From positions 304,606,001 to 304,670,000 of the forward strand of contig OZ024743.1 of assembly GCA_964016885.1 (NCBI GenBank): 64,000 nucleotides of DNA, given 5' to 3'. Of this stretch, positions 16,622 to 28,570 are shown in pieces. Position numbers and translations under genes: made by a program. Within the stretch, counting starts at the first letter, position 1. The number at the start of each line of letters is the position of its first letter. Under the pieces are notes generated by a model. The model saw only the letters and a program-made list of their open reading frames with translations. It did no database searches and was not told the DNA's origin. Source of the stretch: Eledone cirrhosa. Taxonomy: Eukaryota.

Positions 16622-18274
16622 GAGTTTATGTTGGTTGTATACCAACATATATTTATATTTATATATATATTACTTATTTATATATATATATATTACTTAT
16701 TTAAATTCTACTGGTAAATAGAACCAAGTCATTCGCCAATCAAGCACCTCTGTGATCAAAGTTTTTATGACATTTCATAATAGTAATCATTTCATACTAT
16801 TTGCTGGCGTAAAGCATCTACGATGATATTATTCAATGTCATCCTGCATTATAATTGTAGGTTGTAATGCAAAGCAGAATTGTTGCCTATATCTTACTCG
16901 TAAAATACTCGCATAGATACGTCGATTTTTAATGAACACTTTCGGTGCGGCCCTGATTCAGCAAGCTTGCGATTTTACATGTAATTAAAAATAAGCTTTA
17001 GTTCGAACTAGAAACAGCAATGATATCTCACCATAATATCTTAAAATCTTAAACATAAGAATGACTCATAGCATAATAAAATCTTCAGCACAGCTAAAAG
17101 GACTTGGTGGCTACGAGTAAAATCTTTTCTCATAGTTATACTCCATCTGGGTCAAATTAGTACTAAACAACAACAAAACCATTAACTCTGTAGTATAGTT
17201 TATATGAATCATTGTCAGATATAAGGTAATGATTATTTCGAAAAAGCCTGTACAGTGCAATTTTAAAATGTAAGAGGGAAAACTATAGAAAAGTATGAAA
17301 TACAAAGCAAAATATCAGTTTAAACCTTTACCTAATATGGTGTTCGATTTCGAACTTTGGACATTTCTCTATAAGAAACAATATATAGGGTGTTGTAGAT
17401 GGCGAGCGAGGCTCTTCACCTATAAGAGAGTAATGACTTCATATACAAGTTGAACTCTATAACCATACATCCTGTATCGTCCACATTTGTCTATAAGAGA
17501 CTAACATATTCATATGGTATGACATGGTCCCGTAAATTCTGATGAAGTCGTAGGGGCGCCGTATTAACAAACGTCGTTTCTTGACCATTTTAAGCCTAGT
17601 GGAGACCATCTCATCTCTAGTTCTAAATACAACACATTTATTTCAGAGAAGGATAGACAGTCAGATAGAGGAAGTGAGACAGAAATATAGAGGAAGAATC
17701 CACCTAAGTAAAATAGTGGTACTTTTCTCCTCGACATCGACAGGACGAAATGCAAATTTACCTCTGCGAGATTTGAACTTATTGAGCAGAGAGCTGGAAT
17801 GAACATTCCAAAGTATTCTAACTGTCGTTGCAATAACTCTGCTTATTCGCCGCATCAGAACAAATTCATATACAATAACTGTATAATCATATATTAGCTA
17901 TTCACTATATTTCAAAGTAGATTTTTAAAACTCATTAACGGCTAGAAAATATATGAGATAGGTTTGGAGGAATTGAATTGTGAAATATAGTAGGTTAAAA
18001 TGAAATTGAATTTATTCGACATAGAATCAAATAAAATGTAATATAAACGGAAATATAAAATATAATGAAAGAAAGGGGGGAAGACAGAAAAGAAACAAAG
18101 TAAGAAAGTAGAGAAGGAAAGAATTTGAAAAGTAAAACGATCGTAAATATTTTAAAATACATAAATAGATAAATATACACATATAGAATCATATGGAAAA
18201 CAGGCGGGTAGATATATAAACACACACACATACACGCACACACACGCACACACACGCACGCACACACACACACG

Positions 18275-18348
<74 letters not shown>

Positions 18349-18349
18349 T

Positions 18350-18383
<34 letters not shown>

Positions 18384-18415
18384 ATGAAAAATGGCGAGCT
18401 GTGCTGTTGCAAATA

Positions 18416-18454
<39 letters not shown>

Positions 18455-18489
18455 TACAAATATTAATAAAATAGATGTTCTTTTGATCA

Positions 18490-18552
18490 ATTAGATTTCA
18501 TTATACATATTTCGGATGTACAACAGTACGTCCTCATCAGACAAAATATAAT
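18490..18552 (-). ncRNA. type I hammerhead ribozyme motif, left-arm copy
   Basis: Minus strand reads AUUUUGU-CUGAUGA-GGACGUAC(UGUU)GUACAUCC-GAAA-UAUGUA-UA-AUGAAAU. Confidence 0.65.
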
Positions 18553-18977
18553 GATACATGACATACCCTGAGATATTAAATGGTTAAGATTTAATCAAGG
18601 TAGTATATATATATTGCCAAATATACTATACGTACATTCATGTATACATCGCTATTTCAGAGCACCAATCCTAATAACTAATTTTTGCTGGACCGGCAAT
18701 CGCTCTGTATATCAGCTCCTAGATTATTACTGGAATTCTATAAGAATCCATCTTCTATAATTTTCTGTGAAGCAGGGGAGTACGTGGCTCTAATGAATGC
18801 CAACCAGCGTGAAACAGACTGTCAGCTTCTCTCCCTTCTTTCGACGAAAAGAAGTAAGTGACATAGTCACTAATTTAAAACTGATTATGTATGGTCTTCT
18901 AAATGTTTTTAATTAACCATATGGTATATTGCCAAATATAATATACATACATTCATATATATATGAACACACATACA

Positions 18978-19099
<122 letters not shown>

Positions 19100-19809
19100 G
19101 GTAATGTAACGTGCAGTGACTGTAGGTTTACACGAATGAAGCTTGAGCTGATCAAGTGCGAAACACGCGTCACTACTCGATCTAAACTATAATAATGTAA
19201 GTAAGGATTCGCGACTGCGTGCGGTTTATTTCTGTTAATCCAGTTTGTAAAATAAGTTGGATTACTTTGAATAAATAATGAATGAATATTACATAATTTA
19301 TATACTAAATTTCGGAAACATAAATGAATTAAAATTGACTTCTTTTCAAAGTTTCGTTCACATTTCTACACTTCCGGTATATCGTCGCCACCACCACCAC
19401 TTCAACTACCATATATATAGGAAGAGAGCGTGTGTGATGAGAGAGATAGAGAGATTATGATTTTCTACGCGCTGACGCGTATGAGTGTGCACATGCATAC
19501 ATCTATATGTATGAGTATATAACTATTATGAGTATTTAACTATAATCGCGCAAACACAAACTTATAAAAATACATGCTCACGGACAATCATTCACACAAA
19601 TACACATACATTCACACATACTTTCACACAAACATACTTACATTCACACATATACATTTACACAAACACATACATACAGTCATGAATTGGAAATGGGAGG
19701 GTAAAAAAGTATAATGTTTTATTTATTCATTAACTCTTTATTTATTTATTAACTCTTTTTTTTAAACTCATTTAATATAATGGTTACAGAACGAAAACAC
19801 TAACAAATA

Positions 19810-19980
19810 TAATTGTTTCTACTTTTTGCCCAAGGCCAGCAATTATCCCAGTGCATTACTGGTACTTTATTTTATCCACCCCCTAAGGATGAACGGCGGT
19901 ATTTGAACTCAGACCGTAAAGAGCCATAACTCGACGCTGGAAAGCATGGCGTCCAACCATCTACCGATACTTCCAATTCA
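19810..19980 (-). mobile_element. SINE, internally deleted (mirror copy at 57205-57375)
   Basis: Same family motifs: GAGTTCAAAT, GTACCAGT, ATTGCTGGCCTTG. Confidence 0.75.
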
Positions 19981-20754
19981 ATATAATGTATACAAAGGAA
20001 AGGGAAAGGAGAAAAATACACAAGCACGTAATACACACATCTTAGACCACATAGACCACATAAAACAAAATGCAGACGATAGAGTGGAAAAACGAGCCAC
20101 TACCAGCGCAAAAGATAGCAATATAGCGAGGAACACTGGGAAACCTCTCTAATCATTTTTGAGGCAGGCCAACACGCTCGCAGCGTTACCTGGGCTGATG
20201 GCGAGGCTGAGGTGCTGGAACAACCAAGTGCCCTCACGAGCATCACCAGTTACCTCTGTTTGGCGAGCCGCCAGTGAAGATAAGTACCTCGCTGTCAGTA
20301 GAACCCGCCCCCTCAAAACGTCTCGAAAGCCACAAGCTGGATAATGTATTTAGCTGACACAACACGGTATTTTAGGATTTTGTTCCGTTCAGCTGCGGAT
20401 GCTGTAGCTCTCGCCCTTACCGCTGCATCCAGAATGTGGGAAGAAGCAAAAGAGTCACTAACTGTGACGTCCGAAGTAAGGCACCTGCCTCTTGACCAGG
20501 AGCACAGAGTAATACTGTCAAGTCTTTTCCCATCAATTCAGGACATCCCAGATGGTTCCAAAATTGAGGGAATGTTTGCGCGGGTCAAAGCTCTTGGGTG
20601 GTAATAGGACACTGTGTGTATGTGCGCGTGCGTGAGTTTGTCAGTGTTCTTAATTTAGAGACGTATGTGTGTGTCACTGTTTTTAAGTTAGAGACATATA
20701 TATATGTGAGTGTATCCCTTTCCTTCTTTTTACACACACAAACACACATACACA

Positions 20755-21435
20755 TTGCGTGATGGACGGGTGGAAAGAAGTCCCTCAAATTTATATGCAT
20801 GTGAATGGAGTTCTACTGAGGCAGTTAGAGAAGTTCAAGTATCTTGGAGCCGTGTACATGAGTGATGGAATGCAGGAGACTGAATTAAGTGCAAGAATTA
20901 CAAAAGCTAATGCAGTAATGCGCCAGTTTCAGCATTCAGCAATCAGATAAGGGGGGGGGGAGCCAAACTCGCTGTCTTCCTGGTATTCCTGCCAACTCTT
21001 AACGTGGATCATGAATCTTGGGTAATGACCAAAAGAATACAATTGCAAATAAAAATGGCAGAATTGGGATTTCTCCGAAGGGTCTTTGGAGTAGCGTTAC
21101 TCGATAAAGTGCATAACTCAGAGACCAGGAGAGTCACTCCTGGTAGAGCCGCTACTTCTCCGAATTGAGAGATTACAACTCCGATATTACGAGCATGTGG
21201 TTAGAATGTCTCAGTAAAGAATTGCTGGACACATTTTACAGGCAAAATCAACCGGCAAGAGACCCACAGGTAGAGTCTGAGCAAGATAGTTGGATAATAT
21301 CCATGAGCTTGGTTGGTCACGCTTTGGGCTCCAGCTGGATCAGTTAGAGGTGTTTGCTACTAACAGACTCGCTGAGAGGAGTGTTTGAGAATATTCTGCC
21401 CGCACGACCCTCTCAGAAATAAGTGGGTGAAGAAG
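20755..21435 (+). mobile_element. RTE-clade LINE 3' fragment, decayed (mirror copy at 55895-56575)
   Basis: Peptides QLEKFKYLG...ELSARITKAN and LLVEPLLLRIERLQLRYYEHVVRM...RPTGR are typical of the RTE C-terminus. Confidence 0.8.
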
Positions 21436-21596
21436 ATATTGTCAATTTACTTTTCAATTTACATATATCTATATGCATATATATTTGCGTATAATATCAA
21501 TATGCACTCTACATATGCTAGCAGAAAAACGCCCGTGGGCGGTTTTTCTGCTAGTATGAAGACATAACAAATCGTCCTTTTATTATATATACACAT

Positions 21597-22048
21597 AGGG
21601 CGGTGGATTGGCAGTATCAGTAGAGGGTCGGACATCATGATTTACAGCATAGAGTCACGGCCCTTTATGACCTGAGTTCAAATTCCGCTGAGGTTAACTT
21701 TGCCTTTCATCCTTACGGGGTTGATAAAATAAAGTACCAGTCAGGCACTGGGGTCGATTTAATCGACTGCACCCTCCCCCTAATTGCTGGCCTTGTGCCT
21801 AAATAAGAAACCATTATATATATACACATAAGGTGGTGGATTGGCAGTATCGGTAGATGGTTGGACATCATGCTTTACAGCACAGAGTTACGGCCCTTTA
21901 TGATCTGAGTTCAAATCCCGATGAGGTTAACTTTGCCTTTCATCCTTACGGGGTCAATAAAATAAAGTACCAGTCACGCACTGGAGTCGATTTAATCGAC
22001 TTCCCCTCCCCAACATTTGCTGGCCTTGTGCCTATATAAGAAACCATT
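21597..22048 (+). mobile_element. two head-to-tail SINE copies (mirror copy at 55283-55733)
   Basis: Two ~220-bp units: GGCGGTGGATTGGCAGTATC...GAGTTCAAAT...GGTTAACTTTGCCTTTCATCCTTACGGGG...AGAAACCATT. Confidence 0.9.
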
Positions 22049-22245
22049 GTATATATATATATACATATATACATATATGTGGCTGTGTGTGTATGTGTGT
22101 ATGATAGAGTTTTATTTGTATAAATACAGAGTGTGTAATTGTGACTGCACCAACGTTTATAGATATATACACAAATCTAATTTGTAGGCATGTGAACATG
22201 CCAGAAAATAAGAATCACCCTGTAAATTGAAAAACATTATAAATA

Positions 22246-22290
22246 GCTTTAATCGATTTTCCAATTTTATTGAACCTTCATCAGAAGATG
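22246..22290 (-). ncRNA. minimal hammerhead ribozyme motif with palindromic stem III (mirror copy at 55044-55086, + strand)
   Basis: CUU-CUGAUGA-AGGUU(CAAUAA)AAUUG-GAAA-AUCGAU-UA-AAG. Confidence 0.5.
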
Positions 22291-22999
22291 TTTATATCAG
22301 TCAAGCAGCCACAAGGAAACATGTATTTGATGGGTATATAGCTATTTGCTCTTAGTATTGTTCTCAAATGGACATACTCATTCGCATACGATTAGCGCTC
22401 GTGTTGGTGATTAAATAAGATATATAGTAAGAGGAGCACCTATAGCCGAAGTGTATGATAAAGTTTGAACAGCTCCGGTTTTTACATCAAAGGATCGGAT
22501 CTCATCTAGCGTCCAAATCTTGGTGCTAGCACAGCAAACTCGTTGTGGGTACTGATTATTGTGCGCGGGAATTTTAGGAGATCATATTTTTCTAATTTGG
22601 ATGATATATTTTCCTGGTTATTCGTTCCATGTTACAAACATCATCATAAGATATATTTTCATCTATCACTCAATATCTCTAGCAGTACTCGTCAGATACA
22701 GACCATTGATCGAGATGTTGCTAAATTGGCAGGGAAAAGTTATGTATGTATGTTCTTCTGGTTTTTAATTTCACAAATTTATGCCAATAGAGAGAGAGTC
22801 AGTTTCTAACGTAAATACAAGACTCTCTCATTGGAATTTACACATCAACTAGATAGATGTGTATGCATGTCTGCACGCGTGTGCAGGATGTATGTGTATG
22901 TTTTGAGTTATATATGTGCATGTGCATATGCTTTGTATCTGTACAAGTGTATATATGCAGTTATTAGATGCAGCATTTTGGGAATGGTTTACATATTTT

Positions 23000-23310
23000 T
23001 ACGGCTCCATTAATGGATTGTACTTGTAATTTCCTAACTTGTCGTTTTCTTTCTGTTTCTGTGAAGCCCAACTTCTCAAGATTTGTACTGAAGCAGTTAT
23101 TAACATATCCCAGAGAAACACTAACCATAGGCATAAACTGAATATATAGTCAGGGTTGAGTATCTGTAGATTTCTCATTAGTTCTGCATAGATATTCTCC
23201 TTTTCGCTAATCTTTAATAATATATTGGCATCTGCTGGGCAGCTAACTTGCATTACTGTGCATGCCTTCTTTTCCCTTTTCCATATCATTATATGTGGTC
23301 TGTTTTATAT
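23000..23310 (-). mobile_element. R4/NeSL-like RLE retroelement C-terminal fragment
   Basis: RPHIMIWKREKKACTVMQVSCPADANI..KISEKENIYAEL resembles a decayed PD..D/E-x-K RLE domain; mostly absent from the right arm. Confidence 0.5.
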
Positions 23311-23574
23311 ATAATTAGTCTTTATTGTTTGTGTTCTGTTTACTCATATATTTATCGATGAATTATATAACCGAATTACATCGAACCCAAACATATAATA
23401 ATACATACAGGAAACGCAAAAACAAAGTTCTAAAAACCTTCTCTAAATACAAACCAATACCTCCCTACGGACAACTGTCACTGCACACCAGGTTCAAACA
23501 CGGAAGAGCCGAACTCCCACTGTCATCGCCTCCGTCGCTTTTGCCCTCCCAATTTCTCTGTATTATCACCAAAT

Positions 23575-24515
23575 GGGATCCCACATGCTGGCAGCCCCAC
23601 GGCCCCGGCGAACAGAATGGAGAAGGTGTTTCCCCGAAGGATGGTAAGGGAGATGCGCTGGAAGAACCATTCCATTTCGCGAGGCTCACACACACCTGCA
23701 GCTAGCCAGCTCAGCGCCTATGGTGGTAAGTAGGGAGGTAGCCCTATCGCCAAGAACACCAGAAGTCTCCACTGCTAGGACAACGACCGCAAACCTGTCG
23801 GAGAGCAACCGATACTTGGAGAGTTTGCCCTCCTCAACCCGAATTGCAACAGAACCTGGGTTAGTCGCAGACTGCACCAGGTTGCGGCTGGAGAAAGTGT
23901 CGCTGCAAGTGGCATCCCAAACGAGGGGTTTGCCACCGCGGAACGAGAAGATAGTCATACCGCCTGGCCTTTTGCCGTCTCCTCGGTCCGGCCCTACCAG
24001 TTCAATCTGGAAGAGGAAGCCTGCAGCATCCAAGCCATGCTTTATGACCTCGTTGATGGTCACGTGGAAGGTGGCCGGCACTGTAGCGACAGGAAAGCAA
24101 GTGGGGGCCGAAAGAGTCCACAGTGGATCCGCAGCGACATTTGTGTGGCTTGCAGGCCAAGCCTCAGAGAAACTCCGGTGCGCAGACTATCGTTGTCCAG
24201 TTGCATGCCAGTGAAAAAGGAGGGTAAGGCATGGAGCCAGGCACCACTGTGGGGTTGTGAGGCCACGCGAAAATATGGAAGGTGGTGCTGGTTGAGCTGG
24301 CGTGCTAGCCTGTCTGAGGCCAGGTTGAACTGGATGGCATCCTAGATACACTGGGGCGACTTGACGTCAGCAGGGGGAGAAGGGGGTGGGACATCTACTG
24401 GATTAAGTCCAAGCCGGTTCCACGTCTCGCAGGCGGCCTCGCGTTCCTCGATCACAGTGGGTTGCATTGTGTTTATGAGAACCCTGTTGACGAGGACGCG
24501 GCAATCGTGAACGCC
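23575..24515 (-). mobile_element. CRE-like retrotransposon 3' fragment
   Basis: Highly similar to 1113-2050 (HSGAWL, RPGG, WDATCSDT, VETSG) with frameshifts. Confidence 0.85.
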
Positions 24516-24759
24516 ATTGCTTCTATTCCAATAATCACAGCCAGACCAACTGCACTACCGCCACCATTATCCCAACCGCCACCTTTATCCGCACCACCAT
24601 CACCAGCAACACCACCTAGACAACAACAAAAATACAATATAAACCACAAAAACAATGACTACAACACTAACAGCCACAGCACAAACGACAACACTATTAT
24701 TAATAACAACAATAAAAATGCAACACTAACAACACAATTGTTATAATTACGTATTTTTA

Positions 24760-24995
24760 CCTTTTGAGTTCAAACCCCGCTTAGGTCATCATTGCCTATC
24801 ATAATTCTGGGATCGATAAAATATAGGGCCAGTCAAATATAATCGACTTCCCCTCCCCAAAAACTACGGGTCTTGTACCTAGATTAGAAAACCCTATTGA
24901 AGGGTAATGGACTAGCAGAATCAGTAGAGCATCTGAGTTCAAATCCCGCCGAGGTTAGCTTTGCCTTTTATCATTACAGGATCGATAAAATAATG
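24760..24995 (+). mobile_element. two degenerate SINE fragments (mirror copy at 52570-52812)
   Basis: GAGTTCAAACCCCGC and GAGTTCAAATCCCGCCGAGGTTAGCTTTGCC..GATCGATAAAAT. Confidence 0.7.
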
Positions 24996-25911
24996 TTCAA
25001 TTAAGGCAGTTGCATGGGGGGGGGGGGGTCGCCTCATAGCACAATTTATTGATCAAAATAGCTATAATAACAACATAATAGTAAAATGCGTACAGAAGGA
25101 AATTACAAACATATAATATATACAAATATAAACGCAAACAGAGAGATAAAAAACATAAAAATAAGAAGAAAGTGTTGGGTTGGAGGTAATTCCTCACCAA
25201 GTGCGGCATTCGGCCGCACATCACAACATTAAGGGTTAACTAAACACTTTGAGGCAAGCCAACACACTCGCGGCATTGCTACAGGTTATGGTGAGGCTAA
25301 GGCGCTGAAACAACAAGGTACCCTCATGGGAATCAACTGACACCTCAGTAAGACGAGCCGCCAGCGATGTAATCTTCTGTCAGCAGCCCGACTGCACCAA
25401 ACGTCTCGAACACCACAAGCTAGAAAACATTTGTTATTAAACACTGATTTAAGTTCAGTTGGATATCGAATTTTTATAAACAATGATTCGCGAATACTTA
25501 TTTGTGTTGTGTTGTAGACGTGGCTATATTCTAATATAATCTAATCTTTGCTTGCTAATGTAGGGGGCAAATATGTCAGTGTGAAAATTTAACAATTGGT
25601 GTAGACTATACAATTTTTAAAAAGTTACTTCCCTTATAATAAACACGGTAAACCAAGGGAAATAACTCTCCTTACAAGGGAGGTAAATAATATTAATCTA
25701 CAAATTACAAGTTTCGAAGTTGTAAATATTTCAAGCTATTTCTGATGGTTTAATATGATATTTTATCAAAATAAAGAAAATTTTAATATGATCTTTGTCA
25801 ATTATTTCTTATTGATTTAATAGTAAAAAAATAGATTTATCTGAACTAGTATTATAATTAAATTATTTGCATTATATAGATAGAGAACCTCAAAAACCAT
25901 GTGTTTACTCT

Positions 25912-27123
25912 ATGGCGACGCCGAATATGTTAGACAAACTATTAAGAGTATTAACTGGGCTACCTTTCATCGTAAAAGCGAGTAATGTCTTGAACAGAGA
26001 ACGTAATTTGGATGCTTACAGCTATGGACCACCAGGAGCGTTAATGCGGCATAACATTTTACAAGAATGGCGAAGATACGTCTTTTACAACAGTGAGGAG
26101 ACTTTCTGGATGGAAAATTCAAAATACGTTACCACGAAAGATTCACCAGACATTTCTGTAGAGACGGAATACTTGAATTCGACTTCGCTACATCGCTTTT
26201 CAGAAAATCATCTTGTCGTCGCTAGACAGTTAAAAAGAAAGGAACCGTTTTCTATTGCTTTCACGTCCATTTGTTGTCGTCCAGATCCTTTGTAGGTCGA
26301 GAATCCGTTTCCGTTGGCATCACCCGAAATACAGAGATGACTGTTGTATAGTTCTGTCCACTGTCGTCTATCGTCTCCACCTTTAATGATTGTCATGGAC
26401 GTAGACTGAATTGGTGGCGTTAGTATGCACGTTTGCCTTCTAATTTTACTTTGTCAGTCAAACATCAGTCAAACATCAATGGCAACATTTTCCAGGTGTT
26501 CAAAGTGCAATTCCATTTTACATGGGGCTGGGACACTCTAGAAGCAATCATAAACTGGCGCGATTATCCTCTGCAAGATTTAAACGACGTGTTGATATCA
26601 GATATATCCGCTGGAAGTAATATTAGACGTTCTGTATCCTTACCATGTGTTATTGAATCTACAGCTATTCTTGAGAGAACATTCCTGCTTTCCTTCTGGA
26701 TTCCTTTCAGGAGAACATTCAAACTAATCCTAAAAATAAGAGTCGTTCGGACTCCAAATCTAGAAGTATATTAAAATTCCACAGAAGATTTGTGCCCTAT
26801 AAAATTGGTGTCAGTATATCAGGGAGCAAAGTTTCTTACCTCAAGAAGATGGTGTTACGTATTATAAAAGATATTGAAAACTTGGAACTGCTAGTATTTC
26901 ATTGTTTAGATACTATGGCAATTCTCTTGACAAGCAATATGTGATGTTTGATGAGTCGGGTGTGCTTTTAACGGTAGTTATTAACGATGCAACTCTGGAA
27001 ACCGGCATTATTGGATTGCGCAGTCGACATACGTCTGTAAAAGAACCACTTCATGTCAAATTGAAAGAAACAATTTTGATAAATATCAAAGTGAAAAAAA
27101 ATGTAGCTTTTCTTTTTTTATAG
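25912..27123 (+). pseudogene. POLG2: intronless pseudogene of mitochondrial DNA polymerase gamma accessory subunit
   Basis: Ordered motifs YGPPGALMRHNILQEW, PFSIA, TEMTVV*FCP, RRLNWWR*YARLPSNF, FTWGWDTLEAI, LPCVIES, AFLLDSFQE, ILKFHRRFVPYKI and LDKQYVMFDESGVLLTVVINDATLETGIIGLRSRHT align from memory with the POLG2 glycyl-tRNA-synthetase-like fold. Stops at 26293, 26349 and 26421; frameshifts near 26320, 26685 and 26880. Confidence 0.88.
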
Positions 27124-27789
27124 CGCTTTTCCTTGTGGCGTGTGTTGTTTAGCCCTATATAATGCCTGATTATCAAATGTGTCTCGGGCACTTCATTTTT
27201 TTCTTTCTTTTTTTAGAACTAAAGTATTTGTGTTTCTCTCTATAGTCCTGGTGATTTGTTAAAGATATTTCCAATTGGCTGTGAAATTTAGCCATACAAG
27301 GCGCAAAACCCTGTATGGTATCATGACATTCAAGTATAACTAATTTTGTTCAGTTAAGTTTGTCCTGTAACAAGGATTAATTACAATAGTCATCATATAC
27401 TACAGCCTATGTAAAAAAAAGTGTTTATATTGTACATATTAAGAAAATAATTTGATCTGGAATAGTGTATTCAGACGAAAACTTATAGGCAGGGTCATTG
27501 AAAACACACATACTTTAGTATTTACTTTATTATTATGTTTTTAATAATACAATATATTACCAAAGTATTTCATCTTACATCTACAACAATGACCAAGAGT
27601 TTGATATTGACTAATATGTATTATTAGAAAATAATATGGTAATAACATAGAAGTATATACAACAGTGTGTATTTTTAATAATTACAGATATTGTAGGATT
27701 GCAGGTAAGCTAGCTAAGAAGGCAGGCTTTGTGTGTAGCACATGCACATGGATAGTTAGAAGTAAGAGCTCCAGTGAAATAACTTTTTT

Positions 27790-28570
27790 CCAATCCAGGA
27801 AAGATTTCGCATGATGAAAGGAAGATCTGAAGAACTTGTAGAGATGCTTGAACGAAAGCAAATTGATGTGTGCTGTGTACAAGAGACTAGATGGAGATAA
27901 ATGTCAGCTAGATTTCTTGTAGGCAAAAAACAATGCTACAATTTTTTCTGGGTGGGAAATGATGGCTTGGGTGAAGTAGCAATTTTGGTAGGAGAAAATA
28001 AGGCAGACAAAGTTAATGCTGTAAATAGAGTAAATGACAGAATAAGTAAACTTAGACTTGTACTAAATAGAGTAACTATGACAATCATATCTGCATATGC
28101 ACTCCATGTGGACTGCCATATGTACTAAAAGACATGTGCTATAAGTCCCCAATTGCTCGCTACCCATCAAATAAATAAATGCGACCTCATATACATTGCA
28201 GTTAACTTTGTCGGGCATCTTGGACAACACTGCGATGGCTTTGCTGGAATCCACAGAGGCTACGGATTTGTCGATAGAAATGAGGAGAATTTCTGTCTCC
28301 TGGAATTCTGCAATGCTAATGACCTATTTATCTATAACATGAACTTCAAAAACTCGCACAACCACTTAATCACTTATTGATAAGGTGAGCACGTCAGCAA
28401 GATAGATTTCATTCTTACCAGAAGACATTACTGTTGTGAACACAAAGTCCCTCCCTAGTGAAGAATTCACCTCCCAACATAACTTACTAATGAGGTCTAG
28501 AGGAACATCAAAACAGGAGACAAAATGGAGGACAATATGGAAGCTAAAAGACCCATTATCTAGTAACAAT
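27790..28570 (+). mobile_element. RTE LINE AP-endonuclease region, decayed (left-arm copy)
   Basis: GRSEELVEMLERKQIDVCCVQETRW, NRVNDRI, IISAYA, HRGYGFVDRNEE..LLEFC..NDL and SQHNLL motifs. Confidence 0.8.

Noticed and set aside
17540-17860. Overlapping short ORFs in non-repetitive-looking sequence (mirror at 59372-59654)
   Set aside because: No recognisable motif, and a frame-changing indel between the arms argues against coding constraint.
21655-21700. tRNA genes at GAGTTCAAATCCC motifs
   Set aside because: These are SINE B-boxes with no cloverleaf, always followed by the same SINE core.
24462-24746. Pro/Asn-rich 94-aa ORF conserved in both arms
   Set aside because: Low-complexity (CCA)/(CAA) sequence joined to a CRE fragment; conservation only reflects the recent duplication.
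25867-26295. Glycyl-tRNA synthetase call for the YGPPG...NILQEW ORF
   Set aside because: Downstream motifs (WWR...PSNF, WG.DTLE, D..G...TV...TLE.G...LRSR.T) and the ~1.2-kb span fit POLG2, the GlyRS-derived paralogue, better.
26349-26351. Rescue of POLG2 by A-to-I editing: this TAG aligns with a position I recall as Trp in human POLG2, and UAG to UIG reads as Trp
   Set aside because: About three frameshifts cannot be repaired by editing, the TAG at 26421 aligns with Lys rather than Trp, and TGG to TAG is also a common nonsense mutation.
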